From contig NC_134470.1 of the NCBI RefSeq assembly GCF_964194025.1, positions 3,472,001-3,536,000 of the forward strand: DNA of 64,000 bases, in the 5' to 3' direction. Shown here piece by piece: positions 1 to 12,000 of this stretch (positions within the stretch are counted from its first letter, which is position 1; each line of letters opens with the position of its first letter). Made by a program: the position numbers and the translations under genes. The stretch is from Convolutriloba macropyga. Its lineage: Eukaryota. Under the pieces are notes generated by a model, which saw only the letters and a list, made by a program, of their open reading frames with translations, was not told the origin of the DNA and searched no databases.

Positions 1-249
1 TACTTCTGCCAGTTTGCCCAGAGTCGATTAACAAACATCCCAGTCTGTCCCTCTTCTTCGCAGCCTCATTTACATTATTGGTGAACACTGCACAGAACGT
101 CTCACATCATCAGACTGTACATACAAAGAACATAGCAAGTTTTAAAAAAATTCGAATAACTGACATCATGCTTAAGGTATTTAAAATGGCGATACTCTCA
201 AAAGCAATTCTAGCTCCAACTATACTATATATTGCTGCATTTACATGTT

Positions 250-420
250 TGCGGTGGAGTTGGAGGCGGAGGTCGGAGGCGGAGGTCGGAGGTCGGTGGA
301 GTTTGGTGGCGGAGGTCGGAGGCGGAGATCGGAGATCGCGGAGGCGGAGGCGAAGGCGGAGTTTGAAGCGAGAGTCAGAATTAGTTGTTGTGTAGTGGAA
401 GTAGTAGTAGTAGTAGTAGT
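250..420. repeat. Low-complexity GGAGGC/GGAGGTC repeats followed by a (GTA)n microsatellite
   Basis: Directly visible: ggaggcggaggtcggaggcgg... then gtagtagtagtagt at ~401-420. Confidence 0.9.
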
Positions 421-873
421 ACAAGCTTCGGGCTTCGCCCGTGGGGTGTCAATACCAGTGTTTATCAGTCTTTTTCAGTTTATCTTTTTCCAGTGTCTGA
501 ATATTAGACTCAACGGTCTTCATGTGTGTTTTCCAGATTTGATTGAAAATTGTTTTTTGCTGTCTGTTTGTGAATTGTATGCGTCTGTGTATTGTTTGCT
601 AATCGAAAACGAAAAGTCAAATTGGACATTCATGAGTCCGTTATCACATGTGTTGATGCGTCGCCGGTGCCACTCCTCCTCATAGACCCCTTGATAGATT
701 TTTGCCACGGGTACGTGGATCTCGTTAAAGTTATTTCAGTGGACGATCATGTTGCAATGGAAAGAAAACGAGCTGCCGTTAATGGCATTGGAAGCTAAGG
801 AAATTTATCTCCTTACGCGCCATGTTGCTCGTATACTCGAAAGGACCATTACCCGTAAATGTTGTCCCCGCGC

Positions 874-912
<39 letters not shown>

Positions 913-934
913 GAGAGAAAGAGAGAGAGAGAGA
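421..934 (-). mobile_element. Possible non-autonomous Helitron-like element bounded by microsatellites
   Basis: On the minus strand it begins in (TC)n (881-934) and ends with a GC hairpin CGGGC-GAA-GCCCG (429-441) a few nt before CTTG/T, one mismatch from the Helitron CTAG/T end. No coding capacity seen. Confidence 0.35.
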
Positions 935-954
935 ATTGCGGCGTGTAAACAATC

Positions 955-1077
955 TGCTCAGGTTGAGGACATGCGGTTATTATAGTTGCGCATATAGAAG
1001 ACATGCGGTAATTATCGCTGCGCATATAGAGGACATGCGGTAATTAGAGCTGCTCAGATTGAAAGCATGCGGTAATT
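955..1077. repeat. ~32-bp minisatellite, about 4 copies
   Basis: Unit gaggacatgcggtaattatagctgcgcatata recurs with substitutions. Confidence 0.85.
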
Positions 1078-1424
1078 TGCTATGCTAAGATAAAAGCAGA
1101 CGGATGAGTCACTTTAAGTTTTACAGCCAGACTGTAAATAGAAAAATATGACATTAACAGATTCATGCTCAGTGTAAAAATCCAGCTTGTTTTTTTTTTC
1201 ATGGTTCAGCTGTGAAATTTTATGACAAATAGGTCCTGGCTAACAATTCGCGGTTTTTTTAGATTATTTTGTTATCTAATTATTTTCCTTTTTCGCTAGT
1301 CCTTGATTCATTTCCCGTCTAATTATAAGACTTGATCACTTTTTAAATTCCATTTTTTTCTCAATTCAATACTAAATTCTCTTTTCTTCGCGAAACAAAT
1401 TGAAACAATCTATACAAATTTAAA

Positions 1425-2277
1425 CTAGTTACTGTACAATTTTTTAGGAGTCATAAAAGCGCCGATAACTCCAAGTGCCACAAATATCAACGTCACTGTA
1501 GTTACGTAATCTTGATTCTCCTTAGCCAGAAACTGAGTTAGGTATGGAATAGCTGGCAAGTACAGGAACATGATGAAATTAGCCAAGCCGAACATCGTAC
1601 TTCGGACTTTGGTGGGTAGCAAAGCCGAAAGCCCGACTAGCATAATAACTTGTCCGGGTTCGATTGCAACTCGAGAAATCGTCACGAGTGACAAAGCCCA
1701 TTCGAGGGTCGGGCAAAGATACAAAAAACAAAGAAGGAAAAACGCTAACCCGTACGCTAATAAATTTGAAGTTCTCACGGATAAATTGTACTTCAATGCC
1801 GGAATCAGCACAAATGAGGGAACACATTCGGCTAATTGGATGTAGATCAATTTGAGGTAATCTGATGTTTGTAAATAATAATTCGAATTTCGTTCACCCC
1901 CACAGTAAGAATTTTCGTCTCCGTCTTTGAAGATAAGTTCTGTTCTCACAAAACCCAAACCGTACCCAATGTATTTAGACGCAATTCCAATGGCTAATAT
2001 GCAAAGAAATCCTCGCGTAATGTCTGGATCGCTTATTGCTATCTTAATTTTTTGGATAAAGGAAGTTTGTTTCTCCGAATCTCCGCTTTCGGTTTCTTGG
2101 ATTAGTTTTAAATTTTCGGGAAGTGTTTTCCCGTTCATTTTTGCCATTCGTTGTAAAGTCTTCAATGCTCTTTCCGTGTTTCCTTTGTTGACTAAATACC
2201 GAGGTGATTCCTCCAGAAAAAGAAAGGCGAGGGGAATGAAAACAAGGAATGGGGTAGCGCAGGCTAGAAGATAGTAT
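1425..2277 (-). CDS. SV2/SVOP-like MFS transporter, exon 3 of 3
   Basis: Acceptor ttttcag at 2278. Reads WR-YYLLAC...LEESPRYL (PESPR motif), 'LLPTKVRSTMFG' and TM helices, TAG at 1425-1427. Spliced CDS is 493+163+853=1509 nt, 502 aa. Confidence 0.9.
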
Positions 2278-2449
2278 CTGAAAAGGAGAAAAAAGTTAAA
2301 AAGTTGATAATAGTTTAAACTAAAAAATTAACTTCGTTTGAAAAATTGATTGATTTTTTAAAAGAAATGGCAGAATGTTTAATGGATTAGCTTCAAGCGT
2401 GTGTGTGTGTGTATGGGGGGGGGTCGTTGTGTATTTTATATTTACATAC

Positions 2450-2612
2450 CTCCAAATATTCTCAGTTTCCTCGTCCAGGATAAAAATGGCCATAATGACT
2501 GGAAAAAGTCGACCAACTGCAGCCCCGAATCCATTTCCACTTACAAAGCCAATGTATCTGTACTCTGGTGCTAAATACTCGTAGTAGAACGGAATCATCA
2601 AACTGTACACAC
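2450..2612 (-). CDS. SV2/SVOP-like MFS transporter, exon 2 of 3
   Basis: Acceptor tttcag at 2613 and donor AG/GTATGT at 2449. Phases 1 and 2 match the flanking exons. Contains 'YYEYLAPEYR' (ExxPxxxR motif). Confidence 0.9.
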
Positions 2613-5369
2613 CTGAAATTTTATCAGAACTGATACAGAGTCGACTCCGTGGGAAAATGGTAAACTTTGAAGCAAATTTGAACTAAAATCGCTTATTGTA
2701 ACTAATTTTCACACTCGTTTACAACTTTAATGCTAAAACGTGGGCTGTGAAGGTACGTGACATCATCTATTACTTATACTCGATTTTTCCGACATTGACA
2801 ACGTAATGTGGTTAATTTCATTTCGAAATGATGAAATGAAATAAACCACATTGCAAAGTTTAGTCAATTTAGAATTACATTACGTCTCCATTTTTGAGTT
2901 AAAACTTCTTTATTCATTTTAACAACATTTTGAATAATTTCAATAAACTTTTTTTTATAAGTTTTTATTTTTTTTAAATTCGCTTTTAATTTTTTACTCC
3001 TCTTTTTATATACTCCAACTTATCAGAGGTGAGAGCTATTGCAATCTCACGCGTGGTGTTCTGCCGACTGATAGTTCTTCTGGCTTTAATGAAGTTTGTT
3101 ATTTTAAAATTGTTTGGAGAGGCACAATGTAAGGGGCTAGGAGTTTATCATAAAAAGTTTGCGTTAAGCTTATTAAAAGGTTAAAATAAGTTATTTCAAA
3201 AGTCAATTATTCGATACCACCTCATAGACAACCATTTGTGGAGAATTTTTTCTTTGGTTTTTCCGTGTTGGAGAAATTTTTGTATTTCAACTTCCGTATT
3301 CTGTGTCAAATTTGTGTAACTAATCATTCAACAAAATTTAATTGAATTTAATTCAATTGGGATTGTATAATAATATATTAAAGTAAATGTCAATTTCTAT
3401 AGACTGTAGACAATGTAATTTTACTAATCAGACTAAGGTCCCTGCTCCATAAAAAGCATTCATGTTAATTTGTAAGATTAGGGAATTTCTTACATTTAAG
3501 GAATGTTATTTTTTCTGGAAGCGTTTTAAGTAAAGTTTATATTGATACGATTAATTGGCCACTCAAACAGAAAGACAATTTTTTGAATGATTAATCCCTG
3601 AAACAATCCCAGCATTTTTTTCCTATAGTTTCACGAAAAATTCAGCTATGCAGTTTCAAACTAAACATTGATTTGATTGAGCTAAAATCTGTTTGATTGA
3701 ACCATGACACTCTTTTTGAAGTTTGTGTCGATGATGTATTTACACCCACAAGGGAGGTTGAGTTAACTGGACAGGACTGGACAGCTACTCACTAGCTGGC
3801 AGGTTGCAAATGGTGTGTTCAGTTACCAATCCATCATTCCGTCCACAGATACGGACGAAAAGGAAATATGAACAGGGCATTGAAATTCGAATGGATCTCG
3901 ATTAATTGGATCGACAAACAAAATATGATAATGATTATTATAAACGATGAGGCAGAAATTGAGACCAATAAATGCAAACTACGGGAGATAAACTAAATTT
4001 AAGAGAGGTCGACTGCTGAAAAGATCATTTGCTATTACCATTTGTTTTTAGATGAAAAAGATTTTAATAAAAACACCAGACATTCAGTTTTTATCTTTGT
4101 GATCTTTATCACATAAACGTCACTTCTTTTAGATGATAATAATTTGATTCCCTGATAGCAATTTTTCGTTTTTGTTAAATTGATATCTTGTCCAGCTTTT
4201 ATATACCTCTATGAACAAAATTTACTGTTTCCTGTTATTTTTTTCCAAAAAAGTCAGCAAACTCAAGAGGATATTTTCGCCCTTGAGACATCATGCCCAG
4301 TCCTAAATCAGGATTCTAGGAAACGCTGACCCTAAAAAGTCAAAAGTGAAATTAATACTGTTCAGTTTTTTCAGTGCGATGAAACATTATTCTCTGAATT
4401 TTTTTCTTGTCAGAATAAAAAATTGACGATATCAGATTATGGCCGTAGCATTATCCAAGAATTGAAATTCTATGATTCAGCGCTGATTCACTCTGGGACT
4501 AAGATCCGGGTACATAGTTTCAGCCCAATATAGTTATTTCGTCAGTGAATTTTTAGTGAAAGGGCCCTATAAAAAACAAGCGCGAGTAACAACGCTTTCA
4601 CCAATTTGAGTCCTGCTATAACAGCAAAGGAATGCTCTGCGGCGTGTACATTCTTTTCGACGAAACCATTTGTTTAGAATTTTTCTACTTTAGCCAATTA
4701 GTTCGAATGTTGGCCACGCAAGCAAGATTTCCAAATTGGAGATATCTTTCCTTTAATTATTTTCCGTAAAACATTTCATTTGATTTTTTGCCTACTTGAT
4801 GACCTATGGAGCATCGATTTCAGATTTTTTTTTGAATTGATCTGGATTATTTCTGGAAATATTTTTCCAGTTGCGCAGTTACAATGGAAATATTTTAACT
4901 TCCTGCGAAAAATGTTTTGCACATTAACTGAATCGAACTTCAGACCAAGCCTTTTTTAATAGACAGCTAAGCGTAAATCAAAAAAACAAATACTTGATTC
5001 AGGAAATTGGGTCAATTTTTAACGCACTGATCACAGCCAGAAAAGATCTCTTAACTAAGATTGTGAAATTTCTTTGATTTTTTCCTTCGGTAGAGAAAGT
5101 TGCTGCCTCAGAACTCTTTTTCAAACCAGTTCCTTCTACCTTCATTGGTTTTACTTAAACTTTCCTTAATTGTAGTAACTCTTGAAAAATTGGCAAAAAT
5201 GGAACTCGAGGAATTATTTGGTTGTGAACACGCAGCTTTTATTTTTTCATAATTAAATCTCTTTTCTTCGTAGGCGTCTTAATCGAAAACAATCCCATCA
5301 ATAGTGAATGCTATTCTTTGTTTTAGAGAAAAACTAAGACGACCCTTTTGTACCATTTGTGCTGTGGGT

Positions 5370-5832
5370 CCCAGTTTGAGGTGCCAGACGGAAGTGCCCT
5401 CTGATCAGACCCAAGTCCCACGCACACGGTGTGTTTCCACACCAAAATTACAGGGTCTGGAATTTTTTTCGGGCGCACAATACTATGATCAGAGGTCACT
5501 TCGATCTGGGAATGCTCTGATCAGAGGTCACTTCCGGACGGAGGGTCATGGTCTGATCAGAGGCCATTTCAATCTGGCTTGGTGTGAGCAGAGGCGGATT
5601 CAAGCGCACAATGGTCTGATCAGGAGTAATGTTGAGCGCACAATCCTCTGGACAATGGTCTGATTTTAGCCTGATCAGAGGTCACTTCCGTCTGTAAAGG
5701 TCTGATCAGAGACAGTTTTGAGCGCACTCCGAGCGCACAAGCTATTTCGAGCGCACTTCAGCCTGATCAGTCGACACCTTGGCGTGGGATGGTCTGATAA
5801 GATGTCACTTCCGGATGGCACCTCAACCTGGG
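5370..5832. mobile_element. MITE / non-autonomous CMC(EnSpm)-type DNA transposon in intron 1 of the transporter
   Basis: ~27-bp TIRs CCCAGtTTGAGGTGCCAgaCGGAAGTG ... CACTTCCGgaTGGCACCTCAAcCTGGG. 2-bp TSD GT on both sides. Interior filled with TCTGATCAGAGGTCACTTC repeats. Confidence 0.85.
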
Positions 5833-5906
5833 GTGATGTGGCTCAATTTTAATGAGGCAAAAAAATGATTTACAAATGGCCGCCGGCCGTGACGAGAATC
5901 ACTAAC

Positions 5907-6399
5907 CTCCTGCAAGCGAGTAAATGAGCCTGAATGCTATCAACCAACCCACTGTAGGCGCTATTGCACACATAATAGCCCAAAACAGAACCCAACAGTG
6001 ACTCAAAATCAACGCCGGCCTCCTTCCAATTTTGTCCGCAATTGCACCCCACAAAACATAACCCACAGCAAAACCCGCAAACGACGCGGCCCCCATGGCC
6101 GACTCGAGTGACGAAGTCAACTCGAACTCTACGTAAAGACGAGTTGACAAAATGGGCATTAGCGAAGTTTCAGAAACTTCCGAGAAGAACCCGAAGAATA
6201 GAATCGTCATCATTAGATACTGCGATTTGCCCAGACCGATTGCTTCTATGATTTGGGTCGTCGTATAAGGCCCGTCTTCCGAAAGTAGTTCGAATGAGGG
6301 TTCGTCAGTTTTGGGTTCCGGTTTGTTGCTTATAGAGCCATAAGGGGTCATTTCGTCGGGTTCGCTCAAAAGTTCTCTGGTCGGTTCTTCGCCAGACAT
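5907..6399 (-). CDS. SV2/SVOP-like MFS transporter, exon 1 of 3
   Basis: ATG at 6399 (MSGEEPT...). IEAIGLGKSQ and MFS motif A 'GAIADKIGRR', hydrophobic helices. Donor GGAG/GTTAGT at 5906, phase 1. Confidence 0.9.
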
Positions 6400-7413
6400 T
6401 ATGATAATGAGATAAAATAAAAATAAAAGAAATACTATAACAATTTTGTTCAGAATTGGAGTTTCGGTTTCTCTCTTGATTAAGTTCTCAATTTTCACGT
6501 AGATTAGCTATAGCAATTCATCATTAAAACGAATTGTAAAATGAATTACAATTGTAAAACGTAAATTTTTTTATGCAAAAGTTTGCCACCAACTAATGAT
6601 TTTGAACTAAGTTGTCGGTTTTTACGAGTATGAAGAAGATTGGCGCTGATTTTTCAACTAAATCTATTTTTATTTAAGTTAACTCTAGTAACTTATTTTA
6701 TAATTGTCCTCAGAGCTTTCGAATAAAGTTTAATATACCTTTATCGTTTCGAGCAACGCATAATCATATTATATAAATATTCTGTATAACCAATTATTTT
6801 TGTCTTTTAAGTTCGTTTAACTTGAGTTTTTATAAATCAAGTTCAAACGAGTACGTACAAGATGTTTTGCCTTGTTCCAGTTTAGTTTCAGCAAAAGTCA
6901 GTTATGGTGATTTTTTTGGTTTAATTTACACCAGCTATGTTGATGATGTTCTATAGAGCCCGAAAAATTACAGTAAACACCACATTTTTCAAACTTTTTT
7001 CGCGAAAAATTGAATGAAAATAATACCTATTTTGTATTCTGAGGAGTTCTACCCCTTTACCACTATGATCTGGTCGACAAGTAAAGATTTGTTTCAATGA
7101 AATGCGACGATTCCTAAATTCTACACAAGGTTTTCAGGATGCCCAAATTTGAATGATAACCAGAAGTATTAATTTTTACATCCTGGTTTGACAATCATGC
7201 AAAACTCGGTTGCCATACAATATCATATATGATTTGTATATGGTGGTGGTAATAATTAAAGATCACACGGGGTTTTTATTCTGGGTAAACAACAACCACA
7301 AAGTTACCAATCGCGTCATCTGAGGTAAATTAGATTGATAATTGATGTCTGGATGATGAATTTCACGAGATTGAGTTATGCCATCAAGTATAACCAAAAT
7401 TGACTTTAAATAG

Positions 7414-7634
7414 ACAAAATTGGACTTTAAATTGTTCCTTCTAATTCAATTTTTCTCTTTTTTAAATGCTTTCATATAGGATTTTAACAAAATTGGACTT
7501 TAAATTGTTCTTTCTAATTCAATTTTTCTCTTTTTTATAAATGCTTTCATATAGGAGTTTAACAAAAATGGACTTTAAATTGTTCTTTCTAATTCAATTT
7601 TCCTCTTTTATAAATGCTTTCATATAGGAGTTTT
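7414..7634. repeat. ~73-bp tandem repeat, 3 copies
   Basis: acaaaattggactttaaattgttctttctaattcaattttt...aaatgctttcatatagga repeated three times. Confidence 0.9.
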
Positions 7635-8472
7635 TTGCAAAGTAGTTTTGTTCTACTGTCAAATAAGTTGAAAACAAAATTTTCCCGATCCGATCTTCAA
7701 TATTTCTTCAAAATTGCTTTCGGTTAAATGTTTTTTTAAACTGACATTTAATGAATTTTTAAGTTAAAGACCTTTGTTTGCGCGGAAACTGTACTAATTT
7801 TGATTTAAAACAATTATTTTCAACGAGCAGAAATTCAAAATATGAAACAAAATCTAGAATACGAAAAACAATATTTTTACTAAATTAGCACTAGAATCAA
7901 TTAGTTGCATTATATGTGTAGAGTAAATTTATTTTAAATCAAAATGTGCTGAGTGTTTTGCAAAAAAAATTACTCGCTTGAAAAAGTTATCTGGCAACAA
8001 GTATAAAAAGCTCTAAAACCTTTCCCTTGTTGATAAACATTGTAATTAACGCTGCGGAGAAAAATGAATTGCCAATGGAAATTTAATTGGTCAAAAAACA
8101 AGCGTTTTCCAACTTTGTGTTTTTCGTCAGGTTTACTTAAAAGTACATTATACTTTGTACTTTATACTTTTATACTTATAAAAAGTTTACAAAGTAATTT
8201 AACTTGTCATTGACTACATGCATCTAATTTTCGAAATTATTTCGGTTAGAATTGAACTTACAACATTTTATCTTGATACAACCAATAACTTCTAATCTTT
8301 AGTCCAGAGTTTTAAAAACTTCTGGGTACTTTGTTTCCAATTTCTGAAAAGGAGTTTTAACCCCAGTCATATCCTTTGTTAGCCCTCAGTTGTCGGTGTC
8401 CACGAAATTTTGAATTAACATGTAGAAAAACAGTTTTTGAATTTCCAAAGTCAAACTTTTCGCAGTTGAACA

Positions 8473-8918
8473 TGTCGTACACAAACAATATTGTGTACTT
8501 GAACTTGCAGTGCGAATCATAATTAAAATTTATGTTTCGTTTATTCATTGGGCAAGTGCACTTAACGATGTTTTGTAAATGAATTTGCTTAGCGAATCGT
8601 CTGCCTGACACTTGTCTATTTTACTCAGATAGTAAAGTACGGTTGACAAGAAATAAGATAAATTAAGTAACTGTTCTCGAATTGAAAAACTAAGAGAATG
8701 AAAAGTTATAACAGTTAGCAACTCAGAAGTCATAACTAAATGTGAACACATAATTCCCAGAGCGGGAATTTGGGCAACAGACATAATGTGTGAATTAAAA
8801 TTGGTAGACACTGAACTTAAAATGACTTTATGATACGGCCTTCAAGATTAGGTACAGCATTAAATAAGTACATCGTATAATAGTTTTACTGCACCAAACA
8901 AAATGATTATGTACAACA
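8473..8918 (-). repeat. 3' LTR of element C
   Basis: TGTTGTAC...GTACGACA on the minus strand, preceded by PPT AAAATGGAGAAA (8919-8930). Homologous to 15105-15549 with many substitutions. Confidence 0.92.
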
Positions 8919-9074
8919 TTTCTCCATTTTTATTGAAAATTAAAATTGCATAATATGGAATTTAATATGGTAATATGGTATTTAATAATTATTCACCGGT
9001 TTAATAGATATCAACAATATATTTACTGGTTATCACAGCTAGTCAAAAGTAATAAAATATGGAGTTTTAAACAT

Positions 9075-12000
9075 TCAGAGTTCTGTTTGCATATCCTCCT
9101 CATCAAATATTCGCTCATCTGGAAAACTCTGATCTGCTGGCCGAATGCCGGGGTCAGTAGGCGATACCTCTTCTATGACTGGCGAGGGGATTGGATTTGG
9201 AATTGGCTCTACTCGAATCGCAGTGTCCAAAATCGTTTGTATCGCTGAAGGCTGTACAGACGCTACGTCACCTGCACGGCGTTTCCTGCGGGTTTGAATC
9301 TTCATTATCACACACGTAATAGTTCGGGCTCTTTCGTGTCCTTTTTGTTGTACGCAGGCGAAATTGGCGCAATGCTTCTACTGTTGCCAAAGTAGAGGGT
9401 ATAATTAATTCCGAAATTTGGCCTGTTGGGGGAGGTGCTATTATTACTTCAGAAGTAATATTTTGTTGATCGGGATTGATTTCTGATTGCGATGATGTCT
9501 CGGGCGGTTCGAGGTTGTGCCGGCACTTTTGGCATTCGTACCCGCAATGCGCCAGCAAAATTCGATTTGTTCGATGAGACTCAACTTCCCGTGTCACGCT
9601 TACGATGTTTCATCTTTCAGTCGTCTTTCTGAATTCGCGTGAATTCTTTTGTATGGCTCAGACTTTTGGCCTCCGTTGATTTTTCGTGTACACGTGGCCC
9701 TCTACGATTTACATATTCCATCAATTGCGTTTTTCTCTCATCGTGGGTGCCGAATTTGGCGATATCACTATTCCTGACAGTGACTTCCAGCTTCCCAGAT
9801 TCACGAATCACTGATGTATACTGGTCAGTCTTTTGCACCACAGATCCTGGGGCTAACATTTCGTAAAGCCCGTCGAGGTTCTTTTTCGAGCGTCTATTGG
9901 GATGTTTCTTACGAGCGATATTGAGTTGCACTGTGTGTTCCTTGAGGGGTATGGGACGATGTTCTTTTGTTGTGTGCAGGAAACGTGACTCATTGTCGCC
10001 TGCAAGTCGTTCGCGGAAATAAGCGTCCTTTGTGGCCTTGCACATATTCTCTTCATTTTTATCGTCACTACGATTTTTCTCCCAATGTTCTTCTGGTAAC
10101 AACTCATTGGGTGTGACCGTCTCTTAGTCTAAATAAACATTTGAAATTTTTTTAGAACTTAAATCAGAAGATTGTTGTTTAGTATTTATGTTGCTAAGCG
10201 GAGTATTGGCTTGTCGCCCAAAGTGTGATTCGAATGGCGAAAGTTTAGTAGTTTTATGTTTACATATGCGGAGCTGGTAGATGATTGATTTAATTGCCGC
10301 TTTAATGGTGAACGATTTTAATTCTTTATTTGCTTCTTTTATACATGCGAAGCGTTGTTTATTTGTACTAATGAATCGTTCTACTAAACCTATTGCTCGA
10401 TGATCGTTTGCTGGAGCTAGTATTAGAGTGATACTATTTTTAGTACAGTTTTTTGGTTCCCTATGAGGCAGCGAGCTTGATCTATTCGTAATGCGAGAGG
10501 AACTCCATGAATATTTATATAATTATCTAAAAATTTAATGACATTGGAAGCATTTGCATTATCAGAAATTTCAGCAGAAGGATATTTGGAAAATCTATCA
10601 ATACATGTTAAAGTGTAAGTTTCACGGTCTCTCTCATTATTTATAGGTCCTGCATAGTCTTTTTGTATCTCTTGGTTTGAGACTATACATGGTTTATGAG
10701 CTTGAGATTCCTTTGCAGGAAATATAGATTTTAAATTTTTACCAATGTCAGTGCAAGATTTGCACTCTATTGCTCGGACCAAGAGGTCGCGGTTCATGTA
10801 TGGCCACCAGCAATGCTGGGCCATACACACCATCCCCCAGCTACCCGGGTGACTTGCGTGAAGGTCTTCAATAAGTGCAACCTTTAGGGCGCTGGGGATT
10901 GCCACCTTCTCGTCCATGCACACACAACCACTGCTTACGTGCAGGTCCCGCCATCAGCTGTGCAGGTAGATGTTCAATGCTTTTAAGCGTTACTCGTCAG
11001 AGCGGATGATGCAGTCCCTGACTTCTTTGAGCACTGCATCTTTGCTCGTTAGGGATGCTATTAGTCCTTCATTAAAGACCTTGCCAACTACTTTTCAAAG
11101 GAGAGGACTTGAGGGCTATCGGTGAGCGGGGTGCTGATGATTGAATGCAATGAGGTTTGGCGAGGCCTGTTTGGGGTTGCATTGTCCGTGAAAGAAATGC
11201 GCGGTGAAGTTCGGCTTGAACGATTTGAGGTTGATTTGTCTTTCATTGCGGACACTTGTTGGCTCATTTTTGATGAGATTGTTGAGTTTTCAATGTAACT
11301 AATTGAAGAAGAGGAAGACAACTGAATTTCAGAGAGAGTTTGGGCAAAAAGCGACTTTCTGTTGTTTACCAATTGGGCACGTGAATTATTTAAGCTATGT
11401 GACTTTTGAGTGCTAATTAGGGGAGAAATTTGAGGCTTATTTGTGATTGACAAGTTAAAGTGTCTTAATTCAGTGAATTTATGCTGGTTTCGGAAAGCGA
11501 TTGACGCCTTTCCGGTGTTTTGTGTCTTAAAAAGTGCTATTTGAGGCTCAATTTGTAGTGGTGTATTTATAGTATTTGTATTATGCGACACGAGTTTGGA
11601 TTTAATTTAGTGATTACTAGTGTGAGTTGCAAATAAGGCATTTGAGTTATGCGAAATATATGACTGGTTAAATAAGAGAGGATCATGCCCGGCGAGTGTT
11701 AATTTATTATGAGTAAAGCGTACTCGCGGATCAAAATCACAATCAAAAATATTATGATTGGGAGTATTTGATTTCAAAGTATGAATCTCCTGGGCAAATG
11801 CTAATTGATTTTGAGTCAAATGTACTCGCGTTGCGAGAGTGCTATCAAATTTTGTACAATTAATGTGGGTGCAATTTTGATTTGGCTATGTTTGGCGAGT
11901 TTTGAATTATTTTGAGTTAAACGTACGCGCATTGCATGTTCACTATCCGAATTAATAGTGTTAGGAGGGAGCAGATTGGAATGATATATTCGCGTAGCGA

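Noticed and set aside
78-1043. Several overlapping ORFs with poly-R/E/Y/V tracts
   Set aside because: Explained by microsatellites and simple repeats.
955-1077. Regular ~32-bp repeats superficially CRISPR-like (also 7414-7634 and 5400-5800)
   Set aside because: No unique spacers, no cas genes, eukaryotic context; ordinary tandem or subterminal repeats.
5304-5663. 119-aa plus-strand ORF with GLIRGHF repeats
   Set aside because: Translation of the MITE's internal repeats.
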